Part shown: positions 10,039 through 20,198 of the stretch, piece after piece
Layout of the letters: every line of letters begins with the position of its first letter
Numbering within the stretch: the stretch's first letter is position 1
Source: an uncultured Alphaproteobacteria bacterium
GTDB taxonomy: Bacteria > Pseudomonadota > Alphaproteobacteria > Rhizobiales > Methyloligellaceae
Assembly (NCBI GenBank): GCA_963820005.1
Contig: CAWFYQ010000009.1
Span: 19,063 to 83,062 of the forward strand
Reading direction: 5' to 3'
DNA: 64,000 nucleotides
Notes under the pieces: generated by a model
What the model was told of the DNA's origin: nothing
Databases searched by the model: none
The model's input: the letters and a program-made list of their open reading frames with translations, nothing else
Made by a program: the position numbers and the translations under genes

Positions 10039-10764
10039 TTGGATCGCCACCTTGAGCACGACCACCACCCGCGCGAGATCGCGAGGCGCCTGGCAGAAGG
10101 CCCGACCGCGAGCTATCTCCGCGACTGGGTCTATGGCGGCATCGACGGCACGGTCACGACGTTTGCCATCATGGCGGGCGTGGTCGGGGCAAGCCTCGAC
10201 GCCCGCGTGGTGCTGATTCTCGGCGCCTGCAATCTGCTCGCGGACGGCCTGTCGATGGCTGCCGCCAACTACTCCAGCACGACGACCGAGATCGAGGAAT
10301 ATGCACAGATTCGCCGCATGGAAGAGCGCCATGTCGAGCTCGCGCCGGAGGGCGAGCGCGAGGAGGTTCGCCAAATCTTCATGGCCAAGGGCTTCAAGGG
10401 CGGCGCGCTCGAGACCGCGGTCGGCGTCATCACCGAGCAGCGCGAGCGCTGGATCGACACGATGATGACCGAGGAGCACGGCATGCCGCCGATCACCCGC
10501 TCGCCGGTCAAGTCGGCGATGTTCACCTTTCTCTCCTTCGTGCTGTGCGGCAGCGTCCCGCTCTTGGCCTATCTGCTACGGCTGAGCGACCCACTCGCCG
10601 TTGCGAGCGTGATGACCGGCGCCACCTTCTTCGCCATCGGCTCGTTGCGCAGCCGCTGGTCGCCGACGCCCTGGTGGCGCGCCGGGCTCGAGACCTTCGT
10701 CATCGGCATGACCGCCGCCGGCGTCGCTTATCTGGTCGGCGACTTCCTGCAAAGCATCGTGTGA
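10039..10764 (+). CDS. VIT1/CCC1 family iron/manganese transporter
   Basis: DWVYGGIDGTVTTFA, NLLADGLSMAAANY and multiple TM helices. Confidence 0.9.
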   Translation: MDRHLEHDHHPREIARRLAEGPTASYLRDWVYGGIDGTVTTFAIMAGVVGASLDARVVLILGACNLLADGLSMAAANYSSTTTEIEEYAQIRRMEERHVELAPEGEREEVRQIFMAKGFKGGALETAVGVITEQRERWIDTMMTEEHGMPPITRSPVKSAMFTFLSFVLCGSVPLLAYLLRLSDPLAVASVMTGATFFAIGSLRSRWSPTPWWRAGLETFVIGMTAAGVAYLVGDFLQSIV

Positions 10765-10811
10765 GCTAATCCGCTACCGCTCGTTTCAGCAATCGTGGCA
10801 CAAAAGGCGCC

Positions 10812-11996
10812 ATGGCCATCAAGGAACCAAGCTTCACGGTCGGCATCGAGGAGGAATATCTCCTCGTCGATAAGGACACGCGCGACCTCGCGCAGGAGCC
10901 GCCGCCGGCCCTGCTCGCCAAATGCGAGGAGGCGCTGCGCGGCCAGGTCAGTCCCGAATTCCTGCGCTCGCAGATCGAGGTCGGCACGCGCGTGTGCAAG
11001 TCGATGCAGGAAGCGCGCGACCAGCTCGCCCATCTCCGCGGCACGGTCGGCCGCATCGCCGGCGAGTTCGGTCTTGCGCCAATCGCCGCCTCGACCCATC
11101 CCTTCGCGCAATGGTCGGACCAGCAGCACACCGACAAGGAGCGCTACAATGTGCTCGCGGCCGACCTCCAGCAGGTGGGGCGGCGGCTCGTCATCTGCGG
11201 CATGCATGTTCATGTCGGCATCGAGGACGACGATCTTCGCATCGACCTGCTCGGCCAGGCAGCTTATTTCCTGCCGCATTTGCTCGCGCTCTCGACCTCA
11301 TCGCCGTTCTGGCAGGGCGCGCAGACCGGGTTCAAGTCATATCGTTTGTCGGTGTTCGACGAGCTCCCGCGCACCGGCATGCCGCATCAATTCGCGAGCT
11401 ACGGCGAATATGAGCGCGCCATTGAGCTTCTGGTGAGCGCGGGGCTGATCGAGGACGCGACCAAGATCTGGTGGGACATGCGCCCCTCGGCGCGCTTCAA
11501 GACGCTCGAGATGCGTATCACCGATGTCTGCCCGCTGATCGACGACGGCATCGCCATCGCCTCGCTCTATCGCTGCATCTTGCGGCTGCTCTATCGCTTG
11601 CGCCGGCGGAATCAGCGCTGGCGCTATTACCCGCCATTCCTGGTGCGCGAGAACCGCTGGCGCGCGCAGCGCTACGGCGTTGAGCAGGGCCTGGTCGATT
11701 TCGGCAAGGGGGCGGTCGTCCCCTTCCCCGCCCTGCTCGAAGAATTGTTCGATCTGATCGCCGAGGACGCCGCCTATTTCGGCTGCGTCGCCGAGATCGG
11801 CCATGCCCGCACCATCGTTCAGCGCGGCACGAGCGCCGACCGTCAGCTTGCCTGCTATGCAGACGTGCAAAAACTGGGCGGCAGCGACCAAGCGGCGCTG
11901 ATTGCCGTGGTCGACGGCATTATCGAGGAGACCATGACGCTGCCGACCGGCGCGCCAAACGTCATCGCGGCCGTGAGAGCGCATCAATCTAGCTAA
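10812..11996 (+). CDS. Carboxylate-amine ligase (GCS2/YbdK family, glutamate--cysteine ligase-like)
   Basis: FTVGIEEEYLLVD, QIEVGT, GMHVHVG, SSPFWQG and TLEMRITD motifs. Confidence 0.9.
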   Translation: MAIKEPSFTVGIEEEYLLVDKDTRDLAQEPPPALLAKCEEALRGQVSPEFLRSQIEVGTRVCKSMQEARDQLAHLRGTVGRIAGEFGLAPIAASTHPFAQWSDQQHTDKERYNVLAADLQQVGRRLVICGMHVHVGIEDDDLRIDLLGQAAYFLPHLLALSTSSPFWQGAQTGFKSYRLSVFDELPRTGMPHQFASYGEYERAIELLVSAGLIEDATKIWWDMRPSARFKTLEMRITDVCPLIDDGIAIASLYRCILRLLYRLRRRNQRWRYYPPFLVRENRWRAQRYGVEQGLVDFGKGAVVPFPALLEELFDLIAEDAAYFGCVAEIGHARTIVQRGTSADRQLACYADVQKLGGSDQAALIAVVDGIIEETMTLPTGAPNVIAAVRAHQSS

Positions 11997-12748
11997 AGCG
12001 TGGTGGCCATGCCGCCATCGACATTGAGGCTGGCGCCGGTGATGTAGGCGGCCTCGTCGGAAGCCAAGAACAGCGCCGCATTGGCGATGTCTTGCGGCGT
12101 GCCGAACCGCCTGAGCGGCGTCTGGGTTAGCAGCCCCTTGGCGATCATCGGATTTGCGATGTAGCGGCCGATCAAAGCTGTCTCGATATAACCTGGCAGC
12201 AGCGTGTTCACGCGGATGCCGTAAGGCGCGTACTCCACTGCCAAGCTCCGCGACAGGGCGGACACCGCGCCCTTGGTCGCCGAATAGACGGCCATCTGGC
12301 GAGTGTGCTTGGTCGCCATGATCGATGATAGATTGACGATCGAGGCCTTGCCCGACGCTTTCAACAGATCGAACGCCTCGCGCGCGCAGCGCACCGTGCC
12401 GTCGAGATTGACGGCCCACACCCGGTCCCATGCCTCGTCGTCGAGATGGCGGAAGTCCGAGCGCTCGCCGATTCCAGCGTTGTTGACCAGCACGTCGAGC
12501 CGGCCATGCGCCGCGCCGATCTCCGCCATCAGCGCTTTCACCTGCGGCGTGTCGGTGACATCGACCTGATGCGCGGAAGCCGCGCCGTTAGACTTGACGA
12601 TTGCCGCCGCCACGTCCTTGGCGGCCTCGCCGTCGCGGTCGACCACAACCACGGATGCGCCCTCGCGCGCGAAGGTCTCGGCGATGGCGCGTCCGATCCC
12701 TGCGCCGCCGCCGGTGACCAGGGCGACCTTGTCCTCAAGCCGCCGCAT
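11993..12748 (-). CDS. SDR family oxidoreductase
   Basis: TGGGAGIG, NNAG and YSATK motifs. Confidence 0.92.
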   Translation of the reverse strand: MRRLEDKVALVTGGGAGIGRAIAETFAREGASVVVVDRDGEAAKDVAAAIVKSNGAASAHQVDVTDTPQVKALMAEIGAAHGRLDVLVNNAGIGERSDFRHLDDEAWDRVWAVNLDGTVRCAREAFDLLKASGKASIVNLSSIMATKHTRQMAVYSATKGAVSALSRSLAVEYAPYGIRVNTLLPGYIETALIGRYIANPMIAKGLLTQTPLRRFGTPQDIANAALFLASDEAAYITGASLNVDGGMATTL

Positions 12749-14135
12749 CTGACCCCGCCACTGGCGCCGGCATTTCCCATTTATGGCGCATCGTCACCAG
12801 CTCCTCGGCGGCCGAGGGGTGCAGCGCCATGGTCTTGTCGAAATCGGCCTTGGTCGCGCCGAACCTGAGCGCGACCGCCGCCATCTGCACGATCTCGGCG
12901 GCGTCGGGGCCCAATATATGCACGCCGAGCACCTTGTCGGTCTTCATGTCGACAACGAGCTTCATCATTGTCCGCTCGTCGCGGCCGCTGACCATCGAGC
13001 GAAGCGGGCGGAAGCTGATCTTGTAGATGTCGATGACGCCCGCGCCTTGCCTCTCGCGCGCCTGTTGCTCGGAGAGCCCGACCGTGCCGATCTCCGGCTG
13101 CGAGAACACCGCGGTCGGGATGACTCCGTAATCGACCTTGGTCGGCTTGCCGTTGAACAGCGTCTCGGCGAAGGCGTTAGCGTCATGGATCGCGACCGGG
13201 GTCAGATTCTTGCGGTCGGTCACGTCGCCCACGGCATAGATACTGTCGACCGAGCTTTTGGAAAACTCGTCGACCACGACGCGCCCATTCCCGCCCAGCT
13301 CCACGCCGAGCCGCTCAAGCCCGAGCCCGGAGGTGTTGGGCACGCGCCCGGTCGCCGCCATGACGAGACCGGCGGCAACAGAATTGCCGCGCTTGAGCTT
13401 GACACGATAGCCGTCGCCCTCCTTCTCGACCGAGGCGACGTCGGTATCCATGCGGAGATCGATGCCGCGATTGCGCATGGCCTCGGCCAGACCGTCACGG
13501 AGATCGATGTCGAAGTCGCGCAAAATCTGGTTGCCGCGATAGAGCACGGTGACGGCGACGCCGAGCCCCTTGAAGATCGAGGCGAACTCCATGCCGATAT
13601 AGCCGGCGCCGATGATGACGATGCGCTCGGGCAATTTCTCGAGCAGGAAGCATTCGTTCGAGGTGATCAGGTGCTCCCGTCCCGGCAGGTCGGGGATCAT
13701 CGGATGCGAGCCGGTGGCGATCAGGATGGTCTTGGCGGTCACAGCGGCGGTGCCGTCGCCGAGCTTCACGGTGTGGGCATCTTCGAGCGCGGCATGCGTC
13801 ATGAAACTGTCGACGCCCGTGCGCTCCAAGGTACGGGTATAGACGCCGTTCAGCCGGTCGACCTCACGCCTGACATTGCCGATCAGCGTCGGCCAGTCGA
13901 ATTCGAGGTCATCGCAAGTCCAGCCGAAGCCGCGCGCGTCGGGAAACTCGGTGCCGTAGCGGCTGCCATAGACGAGCAGCTTTTTGGGCACGCAGCCGCG
14001 GATCACGCAGGTCCCGCCGACGCGATATTCCTCGGCGATGCCGACCTTGGCGCCGAGCTCGGCAGCAAGCCGCGCAGCCCGGACCCCGCCCGAGCCCGCG
14101 CCAATGACGAACAGATCGTAGTCGTACTCGGCCAC
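12735..14135 (-). CDS. gor: Glutathione-disulfide reductase
   Basis: GAGSGG, GGTCVIRGCVPKK, GAGYIGMEFA and ALHPSAAEE motifs. Confidence 0.95.
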   Translation of the reverse strand: MAEYDYDLFVIGAGSGGVRAARLAAELGAKVGIAEEYRVGGTCVIRGCVPKKLLVYGSRYGTEFPDARGFGWTCDDLEFDWPTLIGNVRREVDRLNGVYTRTLERTGVDSFMTHAALEDAHTVKLGDGTAAVTAKTILIATGSHPMIPDLPGREHLITSNECFLLEKLPERIVIIGAGYIGMEFASIFKGLGVAVTVLYRGNQILRDFDIDLRDGLAEAMRNRGIDLRMDTDVASVEKEGDGYRVKLKRGNSVAAGLVMAATGRVPNTSGLGLERLGVELGGNGRVVVDEFSKSSVDSIYAVGDVTDRKNLTPVAIHDANAFAETLFNGKPTKVDYGVIPTAVFSQPEIGTVGLSEQQARERQGAGVIDIYKISFRPLRSMVSGRDERTMMKLVVDMKTDKVLGVHILGPDAAEIVQMAAVALRFGATKADFDKTMALHPSAAEELVTMRHKWEMPAPVAGSDAAA

Positions 14136-14141
14136 TTGGCG

Positions 14142-14849
14142 TCAGGCTCCCGGGCGGCGCAACAATCTGACCCCGCCGCTTCCCGCCACGATAGCCAAAT
14201 CGGCGAGCCCGAGAAACAGCCCATGCTCGACCACGCCCGGCACCCGCTTCAGCGCAAAGGCGAGCACTTCGGGCTCGAGAATCGCCCCGAACGCGCAATC
14301 GAGGATGAGATTGCCTTGGTCGGTGACGAACGGCGCCTCGCCCTCCCCGGGCCTGAGCCTGATCTCGCCGCGGCAGCCAGCCTCGATGGCGATCGCCTCG
14401 ACCAGGCGCATGGTGGCGAGCAGCCCGAACCGCACCACCTCGATCGGCAGCGGGAAGGTGCCGAGCGTCTGGACCATTTTGCTGTCGTCGGCGATGACCA
14501 CCATCTGGTCCGACGCTGTCGCCACGATCTTCTCGCGGAGCAGCGCGCCGCCACCACCTTTGATCAGGCGAAGCTGATCGTCGATCTCGTCGGCGCCGTC
14601 GACGGTGAGATTGAGCTCTGGCGTCTGGTCGAGCGTCGAGAGCGGAATACCGAGCTGCTCGGCCTGGAGACGGGTCGTCTCGGAGGTCGGCACGCACAGC
14701 ACGCGAAGCCCGCGCGCGACCCGCTCGCCAAGCGCCGCGACGAAGCGCGCCGCCGTCGATCCGGTGCCGAGCCCAAGCCGCATGCCGTCCTCGACGAGAT
14801 CGAGCGCGGCGCGGGCGGCCTCCTCCTTAAGCTCGTCGGCCCTGGCCAA
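14142..14849 (-). CDS. rpiA: Ribose-5-phosphate isomerase A
   Basis: [29 protein letters not shown] and GVVEHGLF motifs. TTG start inferred at 14849; the upstream part of the track ORF is antisense to gph. Confidence 0.95.
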   Translation of the reverse strand: MARADELKEEAARAALDLVEDGMRLGLGTGSTAARFVAALGERVARGLRVLCVPTSETTRLQAEQLGIPLSTLDQTPELNLTVDGADEIDDQLRLIKGGGGALLREKIVATASDQMVVIADDSKMVQTLGTFPLPIEVVRFGLLATMRLVEAIAIEAGCRGEIRLRPGEGEAPFVTDQGNLILDCAFGAILEPEVLAFALKRVPGVVEHGLFLGLADLAIVAGSGGVRLLRRPGA

Positions 14850-14890
14850 GCGTTTCCCCCATGCCCTGTCGGCAACGACGACGCCGTTGC

Positions 14891-14991
14891 CTAGAGCGAA
14901 ATCGCCCGAGATCGAATCACGATTTCGCTCTAGTTGTCTGTTTATGACGCACGATCTTATCCGAAAAGTCTGCAACTTTTCGGGATCGTGC
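14891..14991. repeat. Two adjacent palindromic elements in the rpiA/gph divergent region
   Basis: CTAGAGCGAAATCG...CGATTTCGCTCTAG (14891-14933) and GCACGATC...CCGAAAAG...CTTTTCGG-GATCGTGC (14949-14991). The second resembles the 52240 element. Confidence 0.7.
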
Positions 14992-15023
14992 CTAGCCGGA
15001 AGCTGCCGTGTGACAGAGGGTGC

Positions 15024-15722
15024 ATGCTCAAGGACACCACCATCGTGTTCGACCTGGACGGGACGCTCGTCGACACGGCGCCCGACCTGACCAACGCCTT
15101 GAATCATGCGCTCGCCCGCGCCGGCCAGGCGCCGGTCTCGGCGGCCACCGTACGCAGCCTGGTCGGGCAAGGTGCCCGCGTTATGATCGAGGAGGGTCTG
15201 CGGCGGGCCGGCGTCGCGGGCGACCTCGACGCACTGCTCGGCGATTTCCTCATCCATTACGAGGCGAATATCGCCGCCGAGAGCCGGCCCTTCCCCGGCG
15301 CGGTGGCGGCGCTCGATCGCCTCAAGCGCGACGGGGCGCGGCTCGCGGTGTGCACCAACAAGCGCGAATCCATGTCGCGCCGGCTTCTGCAAGAGCTTGA
15401 TCTTGACCGTTATTTCGGCGCAATCGCGGGGCGCGACACCTTCCCGGTGGCGAAGCCCGACCCAGGCCATTTGACCGGCGCGATCCGACTTGCCGGCGGC
15501 GACCCAACCCGTGCCGTCATGGTCGGCGACAGCTCCATCGACCTCATGGCCGCCAAGGCCGCTTCTGTGCCGATAGTGATGGTGAGCTTCGGCTACGCCG
15601 GCGAGGCGGTCCCCGGAACGACGCCCGAGGCCGTCATCGACCATTTCGATGAGCTGCACGCGGTCCTCATCTCGCTGGTGCGAAACGGTGCGGCATACCG
15701 CTTCGGCGCGCAACCCGCCTAA
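15024..15722 (+). CDS. gph: Phosphoglycolate phosphatase (HAD superfamily)
   Basis: [20 protein letters not shown] and MVGDS motifs. ATG at 15024. Confidence 0.85.
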   Translation: MLKDTTIVFDLDGTLVDTAPDLTNALNHALARAGQAPVSAATVRSLVGQGARVMIEEGLRRAGVAGDLDALLGDFLIHYEANIAAESRPFPGAVAALDRLKRDGARLAVCTNKRESMSRRLLQELDLDRYFGAIAGRDTFPVAKPDPGHLTGAIRLAGGDPTRAVMVGDSSIDLMAAKAASVPIVMVSFGYAGEAVPGTTPEAVIDHFDELHAVLISLVRNGAAYRFGAQPA

Positions 15723-15836
15723 ATCCCGCCAAATATCAGTCTTAATCCGACCTGATCGCTCTCAACGAAGAGCCATAGTGAAAGCGCACACCTTAACCGC
15801 CCCCCATAACCGTTCGAGTTCATCTTAGAGGGAGAG

Positions 15837-16118
15837 ATGGGAATGCTGAGACGTGTCGCGATCGGCGTCGCACTGGGCTGCCTCATGGGAGGGACCGCCT
15901 ATGCCGTGGACGAGGATGTCGATAATCAGTGCACCGAGCAGCTGACCGCCGCCGAGGAAGCCGTGCAGAACAAGATCGACGCCAATGCCTTGAACGAGGC
16001 TGACGCCGAGAAGGTGAACGAGCTTCTCGACCAGGCCGATGCGCTGTGCACCGAGGGGAACTTCAAGGACGCAAGCGCGGCGCTGGCCCAAGTCAACGGA
16101 ATGGTCGGCAAGAAGTAG
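15837..16118 (+). CDS. Small secreted hypothetical protein, helical with two Cys
   Basis: Signal peptide ending in AYA, strong RBS (GAGGGAGAG), acidic helical mature region. Confidence 0.75.
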   Translation: MGMLRRVAIGVALGCLMGGTAYAVDEDVDNQCTEQLTAAEEAVQNKIDANALNEADAEKVNELLDQADALCTEGNFKDASAALAQVNGMVGKK

Positions 16119-16291
16119 CTGCGCTCAAGAAGGACGGCGCCGGGCGTGCCGTGCTTCCCGGTTTGAAGGTGTCGCATCCACTGGCTGTTCGCGTCGCGGC
16201 CGGCGCTATGCCGGCTTGCCGGTATTCGCGTGCCCGTTCCTTGACTTACCCAGGGGCCAATCGCTAAATCCATCCGCGCATCAGCCGCAAT

Positions 16292-16371
16292 CCGGTTTTC
16301 CGATAGGGCGAGGCTGAGACAAACCATCACCCGGAAAAGTGGGAACCGGTTTTCCGATAGGGTGAGGCTGA
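16292..16371. repeat. Tandem degenerate RPE-like repeat upstream of tRNA-Val
   Basis: CCGGTTTTCCGATAGGG(C/T)GAGGCTGA at 16292-16317 and 16346-16371. The core CCGGAAAAGTGGGAACCGGTTTTCCGA resembles the 52240 element. Confidence 0.7.
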
Positions 16372-16389
16372 TATATAGAGACTCGCGAC

Positions 16390-16465
16390 GGGCGGTTAGC
16401 TCAGCTGGTAGAGCACTGTGTTCACATCGCAGGGGTCACTGGTTCAAGTCCAGTACCGCCCACCA
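16390..16465 (+). tRNA. tRNA-Val (anticodon CAC)
   Basis: Acceptor stem GGGCGGT/ACCGCCC, D arm GCTC/GAGC, anticodon stem CTGTG/CGCAG with loop TTCACAT, T loop GGTTCAAGTCC, encoded CCA. 76 nt. Confidence 0.97.
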
Positions 16466-16599
16466 CTAAATACCTGATCAATCATCAAGTTTGCTCATCC
16501 CAGCGGAAGCAATTACCGTCCTGCAGCGTGTCGGCACGCTGTCGGCAGCGAGGTCGCCGGCGCCGGGTTTAAGCAGCGCGGCCGCCAGGTAGACTCATA

Positions 16600-17467
16600 A
16601 TGCGTGAGACCCGAAAACTGATCGTCACGGCCGACGATTTCGGTCTCTCCGTCCCCGTGAACGAGGCCGTCGAGAGCGCGCATCGACAGGGCGTCCTCTC
16701 TGCCGCAAGCCTGATGGTCGGCGCCAAAGCCGCAGCGGATGCCGTAGAGCGCGCGCGTAGACTTCCCTCATTGGGCGTCGGCCTGCATTTGACGCTGCTC
16801 GATGGGCATCCGGTATTGCCCCCCGAGGCGATCCCGGACCTGGTTGGGCCCGACGGCAGATTTCGCAGCGACCCTTTTCGCTTCGGCGTCGCTCTCTATT
16901 CTTCACGCAAGATGCAAAGCCAAGCCGACGCCGAGATCGACGCCCAGTTCGAGCGCTTCTCGGCGACGGGCTTGCCCATGGACCACATCAATGGGCACAA
17001 GCATTTCCACTTGCATCCGGTGGTGTCGCGGGCGATTGCGCGGGCTGCTCCCCGTTTCAATCGGCCACCGGTCCGTGTCCCGCTCGAGCCGTTCGGTCCA
17101 TCGTTTAGAGCCAATCGGAATCGCGCTCTCGGGCGCTTGGCAAGCTGGCTCTTTTATTATGTCCAAACACGGCGCATCCGCAGGGAGTTGATGGCCGGGT
17201 CGATTCCATCGAACGACCATGTGTTCGGTCTCTACGACAGCGGCGCAATGACCGAAGATCGCATCTTGCGGCTTCTCGATCAGTTGCCGGGAGGCGTCTC
17301 CGAGATCTATTGCCATCCCGCGACGCGGCGCTGGGAAGGACCTGACAATTCTCCCTGCCTCCTACCAACCTGAGAACGAGCTCGCGGCGTTGCTCAGTCC
17401 GGAAGTCAAAAGGAAGATGACGGCGCAAGGGCTGCGGACATCATCGTATCGCGCGGCGCTTTCGTGA
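16600..17467 (+). CDS. hpnK: Hopanoid biosynthesis-associated deacetylase HpnK (YdjC family), apparent +1 indel near 17350
   Basis: LIVTADDFGLS, VGLHLTL, DHINGHKHFHLHP and SEIYCHPAT motifs. Removing one T restores ...YQPENELAALLSPEV...ALS*. Confidence 0.88.
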
Positions 17468-17491
17468 AACGTGTTGCCGGGCGAGCGGCTG

Positions 17492-19450
17492 CTAGAGACG
17501 GTAAATCGTCGGCTTCACCGCAGCAACGCGATATGGCTTCTCGGTCGCGTCGCCGAGAGCAGCCAGCGCGGTCTGGACGATGGCCGAGGCATTCAGTCCG
17601 GCAAGCTCGTACATCTGGTGCGGTTGGCCGTGGTCGATGAACACGTCCGGCAGAACCATGCTGCGAACTTTGAGGCCGCGATCGAGAACCCCCGCCTCGG
17701 CAAGATAGTGCAGCACATGGCTGCCAAAGCCGCCAATCGCGCCTTCCTCGACCGTGACCAGCACCTCGTGATTGCGGGCGAGATCGCGGACAAGATCTCG
17801 GTCGAGCGGCTTCATGAAGCGGGCGTCGGCGACGGTGGCGGAAAGACCGAAGGCGGCAAGCTGCTCGGCCGCCTTGAGAGCCTCGGCAAGACGCGCGCCG
17901 AGCGAAAGGATGGCGACCGACGTGCCCTCGCGGAGAATGCGCCCCTTGCCGATCGGCAAGACCAAGCCTTGCTTCGGAAGCTCAACTCCCGTTCCCTCCC
18001 CGCGCGGATACCGCAAGGCTGATGGACGATCGTCGATCGTCACTTGGGTCGCGATCATGTGGCAGAGCTCGGCCTCGTCGCTTGCCGCCATGATGACGAA
18101 ATCGGGCAAGCAACCGAGATAGGCAAGGTCGAACGACCCGGCATGGGTCGGTCCATCGGCGCCGACGAGGCCGGCGCGGTCCATCGCGAACCGCACCGGA
18201 AGTTTCTGTATTGCGACGTCGTGCACGACCTGGTCGTAGGCGCGTTGCAGGAAGGTGGAATAAATCACGGCGAAGGGCTTCATCCCTTCGCATGCGAGAC
18301 CCGCGGCGAACGTCACGGCATGCTGCTCGGCGATGCCGACATCGAACGTTCGTTCGGGAAATTCCTTGGCGAAGCGATCGAGCCCCGTGCCGTCGGGCAT
18401 CGCCGCGGTGATGGCAACGATCTTCGGGTCCTTCTTCGCCTCGGCGATCAGACTGTCGGCGAACACCCGCGTATAGGTTGGCGCCTTGGCCTCCGATTTC
18501 GTCTGCGCACCTGTGAGCACGTTGAACTTGCTCACGCCGTGATATTTGTCCTCCGACGCTTCGGCGGGGGCGTAGCCCTTGCCTTTCTTGGTAACGACGT
18601 GGACCAGAATCGGTCCCTCGGCGGCATCACGGACGTTTTTGAGGACCGGCAGCAATTGCTGGAGATCGTGCCCATCGATGGGGCCGACATAATAGAAGCC
18701 GAGCTCCTCGAACCACACGCCGCCCTGCCAGAAATGGCGAGCGAATTGCTCCATCCGCTCGACCCTGCGCTCCCAGCTCTTCGGCAGGCACTTAGCGACG
18801 CGCTTGGCGAGATTGCGCCAAAACAAATAAGAGCGGCTCGACGTGGTGCGCGCAAGATAGGTGGAAAGCGCGCCGGTGGGTGGCGCGATCGACATGTTGT
18901 TGTCGTTGAGGATGACTATCAGGCGCGCGCCGAGAGCGCCGGCATTGTTCATCGCCTCATAGGCCATACCCGCACTCATGGCCCCATCGCCAATGACGCA
19001 GACGACTTTATTGCTGTCCCCGCCAAGATCGCGCGCCACCGCCATGCCGAGCCCGGCCGAGATCGAGGTCGAGGAGTGAGCTGCTCCGAACGCGTCGTGC
19101 TCGCTTTCGACGCGCCGTGTGAAGCCCGACAGGCCCCCCGGCTGACGGAGCGTGCGGATTCGGCTTCTCCTGCCGGTCAGGATCTTGTGCGGATAGGCTT
19201 GGTGGCTGACATCCCAGATCAGCCGGTCGCGCGGCGTGTCGAACAGATAGTGGATGGCGACCGTCAGCTCGACCACGCCCAGTCCGGCGCCGAGATGGCC
19301 GCCGGTCACGGAGACGGCGTCGATCATCTCCTGGCGAAGCTCGGCGGCGAGTTGCGGCAGCTCGGTCTCCGGCAGAGCGCGCAGGTCCGCAGGCGTGACG
19401 ACTTTGTCGAGAACGGGCGTCTCAGACGCCCGGACTGCCCCTAACTCCAT
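17492..19450 (-). CDS. dxs: 1-deoxy-D-xylulose-5-phosphate synthase
   Basis: [44 protein letters not shown] and [13 protein letters not shown] motifs. Confidence 0.97.
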   Translation of the reverse strand: MELGAVRASETPVLDKVVTPADLRALPETELPQLAAELRQEMIDAVSVTGGHLGAGLGVVELTVAIHYLFDTPRDRLIWDVSHQAYPHKILTGRRSRIRTLRQPGGLSGFTRRVESEHDAFGAAHSSTSISAGLGMAVARDLGGDSNKVVCVIGDGAMSAGMAYEAMNNAGALGARLIVILNDNNMSIAPPTGALSTYLARTTSSRSYLFWRNLAKRVAKCLPKSWERRVERMEQFARHFWQGGVWFEELGFYYVGPIDGHDLQQLLPVLKNVRDAAEGPILVHVVTKKGKGYAPAEASEDKYHGVSKFNVLTGAQTKSEAKAPTYTRVFADSLIAEAKKDPKIVAITAAMPDGTGLDRFAKEFPERTFDVGIAEQHAVTFAAGLACEGMKPFAVIYSTFLQRAYDQVVHDVAIQKLPVRFAMDRAGLVGADGPTHAGSFDLAYLGCLPDFVIMAASDEAELCHMIATQVTIDDRPSALRYPRGEGTGVELPKQGLVLPIGKGRILREGTSVAILSLGARLAEALKAAEQLAAFGLSATVADARFMKPLDRDLVRDLARNHEVLVTVEEGAIGGFGSHVLHYLAEAGVLDRGLKVRSMVLPDVFIDHGQPHQMYELAGLNASAIVQTALAALGDATEKPYRVAAVKPTIYRL

Positions 19451-19520
19451 TCCCTGCCCCCCGCTCTTGCCGCCCTCTTCGCCCCGTGCCGGGCGATGCG
19501 GCTTGTCTTTGACGCCCCGA

Positions 19521-20138
19521 TCAGCTCCCCGTCAGTAATTTGTCGCCTTGTTTTGTCAGCGAGCTGACGAGGGCATCCGGCCCCCCCGATTTCAGGATCA
19601 CTCCAAACTCCGCCCGGCGGTTTGCCAGCTCGCTGATCGTGCCATCGAGATAGATGTCGACGATCTTCCAGTCCGAGCCGGACTTGCGCATGAGGTAATT
19701 GAGCGGCACTGCGCCGCCGTCGGATTTGATGATCTGCGTCTTGACGATCTTGTCACCGTTAGGCCGGTCGACCGTCTCCAGAATTTGGAATTGCTCGCCC
19801 GAAAAGCCGTCAAAACGGCTGGCATAAGTGGCGACCGTCATCCGCGTGAACGCGCTGGTGATGCCGGCCTGTTGCTCCGGCGTCAGCGTGCTCCAACTCG
19901 GTCCGACGGCAATCCGCGACATTGCGTTGAGATCATAGGTCTTGGCCAGCACGGGAGAGAGCTTTTGAAAGCGCCCTTTCACGCCGAGCTGCTTTGCCTG
20001 CTTCATGGTGTCGAGCAGGCTGCCATAGAGAGTGGTGATGCTGGATGCAGCCGGGTCGGAGCTTGCACCAAGAGCCGGCGCCTGGATAAGCGCCGCAAGC
20101 CCGAGCGCAATGACGAATTTTGTGATGGTCGACGACAT
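19521..20138 (-). CDS. hpnM: HpnM / MlaC (Ttg2D) family periplasmic lipid-binding protein
   Basis: Signal peptide, [14 protein letters not shown] and [22 protein letters not shown] motifs. Confidence 0.85.
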   Translation of the reverse strand: MSSTITKFVIALGLAALIQAPALGASSDPAASSITTLYGSLLDTMKQAKQLGVKGRFQKLSPVLAKTYDLNAMSRIAVGPSWSTLTPEQQAGITSAFTRMTVATYASRFDGFSGEQFQILETVDRPNGDKIVKTQIIKSDGGAVPLNYLMRKSGSDWKIVDIYLDGTISELANRRAEFGVILKSGGPDALVSSLTKQGDKLLTGS

Positions 20139-20198
20139 GAGGCCCCTACTCACGCAACTTCCTCTGGCGTTCGGCGTAATCAGTTGTCGGCAATCGCG

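Noticed and set aside
12783-14894. Long antisense ORFs (703 aa here; also 18044-19444, 38015-39442, 39473-41302, 57991-59607 and others)
   Set aside because: Shadow ORFs opposite well-conserved genes, expected in high-GC DNA. They show no recognisable motifs.
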